A DNA stretch of 64,000 nucleotides from Bugula neritina (lineage: Eukaryota > Animalia > Bryozoa): the NCBI GenBank assembly GCA_964035545.1, contig OZ037768.1:8402741-8466740 (forward strand), written 5' to 3'. The notes beneath the pieces were generated by a model. The model made no database searches, had not been told where the DNA came from, and was given only the letters and a program-made list of their open reading frames with translations. Of the stretch, positions 60,241 to 64,000 are shown piece after piece. Numbering within the stretch: the first letter of the stretch is position 1; the number at the start of each line of letters is the position of its first letter. Position numbers and translations under genes: made by a program.

Positions 60241-63143
60241 AAAGTGAAAATAACACAATTTTAATTAAAGTAGTTTTTACAAATATAAACACTGTACTGA
60301 TGAAAAATATATTACAGCATATTGTTTAATAATATCAAATACAATATCTTTAAATACAAGACTTTAGTTGAGCTAAAAATAGTTGCAAGAAGTAATCTCT
60401 GGAACTGGATTGCTCAAACTGAGTTAAATAATTCAAATGATTGTAAAAAAAAGCAGTCCTTCAGCAATTCTGACTATGAATCTAAATGTATATATAAAAA
60501 AAACTTTGAATATGTTAGTCAATTTGAATACAGCTTTTAAGGCTAAGAACTGAATTGTTTGTTATTGCATGTTAATTCTCCTAGCCTTCTGGTGTGTATT
60601 GAATAGTATAACCAGAAGTTGAATATTGCAATAACTTGCAGTAGTTAAGTATTGCACTAGTCAATTTCACTGTGCCACTTTGACTATTGCTGCAAGTCCT
60701 TGTGAAATACGCCCAGCTGAATTTTATTAACTTCATGGCCATCTTTGGTCAAGAACTAGCAATTAGCCAACTATTAACTTGGATAAACCCTCTTTGCAGG
60801 AATGCATTTCTCAATCTAAAATATAAAAGGACAGTGGTTAGTACTATAATATTTTGCAGAGTCACCTGTTTATTCAAGCATTGTTACCTCAAATTCAAAG
60901 TTAATTGTTATCATATTGCAGTGTTTGTTGTTAGGATTATATAAATTAGATCAGCTACAGTTTTTAAAGTTGTCACTTGGTAACTTATATTTTCAGCTTT
61001 TATTAGATTTTGTGTCAATATTTTGCAATGTGAGATGCCTCCAAACTTAGCGAGTGTCACTAAATGATAAGAATAGTTTATATAAGTCAGGATTATTGTC
61101 ATAGATAGCAGCTTCGATTGTGCCAGCTTTGTTTCAATGCTGGCCTTGTGTTTTGTTTGTGGGTTGTGCTCTTAAAAAATACTAAAGGGTGTGGGATGTA
61201 AATGCAAGCAAATGGGTTTCTTTGTTATTAAAAGTTGGCTGTTGAACAAGCTAGGCAAAAAAGTCAATTATGGACATGAAACACCAACTTGCCTGAACTT
61301 GCCCAAAAAACTTAACCGTTATTGTTTAATACCTGGCTAGGAAGTTATGGCATGTGGTTAGCAGTTGGTGATGGCTATTCCATAGCTTCATGGCCACAAC
61401 TAGCAAATGTTGACTACCAAAACCTAAACTCATAAAAACACTGTGGTTTCTCGGTTCTTAGAGAAGTTGCTAGGGGTAATGTGAATGCACTTAAGAACCA
61501 CCTAGCAAGGCCAGTGCAAGTCTTCATAGTATTGACGTTTTGTTGTGACAGGAGAGTTTGCCTATTGCCAAAGAAGGTGAAGCAAGGGTCATGTTATATT
61601 TACTATGAACTTTATGACATCTGCTCTCTTATCAATCACCAATAGTGATACTTACTCATAGCTATAATATACTCCTGCATGTTTATGCTTTTTAGCTTGC
61701 ATAGCTGATATCAGTAGTTCTATTTTAGAACAATATACATATGATATAAACAAAGTAGTATTGTTATTTAATTACCTTTCTAGCCTGATTACTAGCCTAG
61801 TTAATTATAATAAATAGCACTATATGCATATCAAACTATATCAATATATTGAGCTATATTATAACAACTACAGTAAGTTTCTATGATTGATATACATGAA
61901 TACTGTTGATATCAGCGTAATACAATTATTACCTAGCTAGCTATACTACACGATGGGCTTAATGAGTCACTGTTACAACTCAGAAGGTCATAGTCATGTG
62001 GAACTATTAGTAACCTTAGTGACCTTATATTATATAAAGTGTGAACTAAGCCACTGAATAATTAATTTAGAACCAGGAAAGTAACATTAAGTGTGCAACA
62101 CTTCCTAGTTGAAAACTCCCATAGAAATAAAGCATAGAAAAAGAAAGTCACTGAGTGCAATATAATAATATAGTCTGCAAGTAGACTCTAGTTTGTCATA
62201 ACGTGTTGTTTTATAAAGTTGCAGGGGCAGGTGAATAGAGAAGAATTAACAGCTGATTAAATCTACATCACTAACACATCACTTAGATATCTGTTGATAG
62301 TAAGATGCACCTATTAACACCATGTGGACAAACAATAGCAACCGTGATGTAACGCAGCACTAGCTGTGGCCTGGTACAATAGCAATAAACACAGACTCAG
62401 CGATGGTGGACAGTTACAGCATGAGGAGTGCACTCAGCACCCTAACCTTTTATTAGACAAGCTGTTGGCATGACTACGTCAACTTCTCATGACTGTTTTA
62501 TTAAAGCTTTTATAGCACTATGTATCAATATTTTAAGTTCAATTTTAATATTATTATTAATATTAATAAGCAAATAAAAACAGCATTTTGCATTTTTGAA
62601 GGCAGTTGAAGGGAAATTTTGCAAAAACTCGTTTTTAAATTAAAAATGGTGTAAAATAGTATGTTTTATTTTGAGAATTTCAGCCCACATTCTGAACCAA
62701 AATCTATAAACCAATTGAAATTTCTTCACTACCACATGTTCATTACAGAAAATAACTGGTTTTGCACTTACTAATAATATACTATAACAAACACACTAAT
62801 AGCTATACTATATTATATGCCTGTAGTATACTACACTGTGCTATATTGACCTGTTTTACTTCTTACTCTCACCTTTAACACACCCAACCCAAAATTTGAT
62901 AATAAAATTAAAGAACTTAGGCTATCTCAATCTCTCCACTACTGCTCCTTATAAATGCCTGATCTAGTGTCTTTTGCAAACCTTACAGATACAGGCTTTA
63001 TCAGTTTTTATTTTGCATATTCAATATTGGTTATTACTACAAAAACCAAACAAGTTTCAAATACAGCTGCATTTTATAGCAACAGATATTTATATAAAGT
63101 GTACTTACTTGAGATTCCATTTAAGTTGCACTCATCTCCTTCC

Positions 63144-63431
63144 TTATTCAATTAAAACATCGACTGTTAAAGCTATTCCTATACAAATGGCTGAGCAGAG
63201 CAGTACAGTTTTTAGCTCACTGAAAATTATATTTTGCTGATCAAATAAATCACGACGTCGTCGTTGCTGTTCGTCCAACGTATCTGCAACTATTTGCAAC
63301 TTGTTGCCAATGGCTTTGTACTGATCGTCTGGATTCGCCAGCCTGGGTGGCATCCCATTCTCCTCAATGTAAGGCATGTCAATAATGATTACTCGCAATG
63401 ACTCATATGGATCTGTAACTTGTCTGCACAT
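63144..63431 (-). CDS. Candidate BH3-only pro-apoptotic BCL-2 family protein with C-terminal membrane anchor
   Basis: 95-aa ORF, GC-richer than flanks. BH3 motif YKAIGNKLQIVADTLDEQQRRRR (I41,G42,L45,V48,A49,D50,L52) and hydrophobic tail TVLLCSAICIGIALTVDVLIE; no BH1/BH2 (no NWGR). Start could be M1, M19 or an upstream exon. Confidence 0.72.
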   Translation of the reverse strand: MCRQVTDPYESLRVIIIDMPYIEENGMPPRLANPDDQYKAIGNKLQIVADTLDEQQRRRRDLFDQQNIIFSELKTVLLCSAICIGIALTVDVLIE

Positions 63432-63576
63432 TATATTTAAAACCTGATGTTCTTATAAATATGCAGCGAAATGATGCTTAGTAAAAAGTTCGTTATTGTA
63501 AAGGTGATATCAGTTAGAATGCTAAATGTAATGTGTTGCCATCCCACCCTATTCGTGGTATTCATAGCCCGCTATA

Positions 63577-63668
63577 ACCACGTGGTCACGCTGTATCTGT
63601 ACGACTAGTTTTATGAAACAGCTGATTGGGAGGCGGAGCTTGTTTATGATGAGCAATAATAGTAAACA
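63577..63668 (-). promoter_or_regulatory. Candidate proximal promoter of the BH3-only gene
   Basis: Palindromic E-box ACCACGTGGT (63577-63586), CCAAT on minus strand (63625-63629), GC box (63628-63638), forkhead motifs TTGTTTAT (63640-63647) and GTAAACA (63662-63668), in a locally CpG-containing patch. Confidence 0.5.
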
Positions 63669-64000
63669 TGGAATTTCCCAGAAACCACAGGCAAGCTTAC
63701 GCTTATATAATCATTATGGCACATAATTTTCATGAAAAAATAATTATAATATTATGATGAAACAGCTAGGAAGTGATTTATTAATAAGAATTAAGACCTC
63801 ACAAGATTATGGATTATTCATGCCTTGTAGAAAAATTGCAGCTAGTGATTTTACTAATGATGGATAATTAATAACGAAATATAATAGATAATCACAGGTG
63901 ATTTTATTATTGATCCACAAGTGAAAAAAATCATAAAAAAACTAAAACTTGTATATAATTTATAGTGAAAATTCCTATCACTGTAGTTATAGTACTTTGT

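Noticed and set aside
60160-60300. The bantam-like 21-mer as a microRNA gene on the plus strand
   Set aside because: Neither flank provides a complementary arm covering the seed half, so no pre-miRNA hairpin; a minus-strand target site fits better
61199-61704. Single seed matches to miR-277 and miR-153 in the predicted UTR
   Set aside because: Lone AT-rich 8mers are expected by chance when many miRNAs are tried
63372-63426. p53 response element at the BH3-only gene
   Set aside because: Only separated, imperfect half-sites (AGGCATGTCA, TAACTTGTCT) inside the ORF

Overview
AT-rich, intron-rich metazoan (invertebrate, probably protostome) genomic DNA with canonical GT-AG introns. Genes reconstructed by hand: (1) 3' part of an SLC7 L-type amino-acid transporter light chain (+, 1012-7202); (2) an unrecognised gene (-, 7925-11672) encoding an MGCGGSK-starting, Gln-rich coiled-coil protein with acidic Tyr repeats and a 10-nt microexon; (3) an ERp29/Windbeutel-like ER protein ending in HDEL (+); (4) RanBP1 (-); (5) a 24-exon OSBPL1A/ORP1L (ankyrin-PH-FFAT-ORD) (+); (6) an LHFPL/TMHS-family tetraspan (-); then about 14 kb without evident coding exons; (7) a 95-aa ORF (-, 63144-63431) with a textbook BH3 motif and a C-terminal hydrophobic tail, i.e. 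a candidate BH3-only pro-apoptotic gene. The most striking result is downstream of that ORF on the same strand. A predicted ~3.2 kb 3'UTR carries a site matching both the seed and 10 nt of the 3' end of the microRNA bantam with a central mismatch (TDMD-trigger-like), plus a cluster of miR-92-family sites. Together these suggest an undescribed miRNA-controlled apoptosis module. Also present: three copies of a tRNA-Thr-derived SINE, a MITE-like element, long hairpins and microsatellites. All calls are manual; miRNA and reference protein sequences are recalled from memory.
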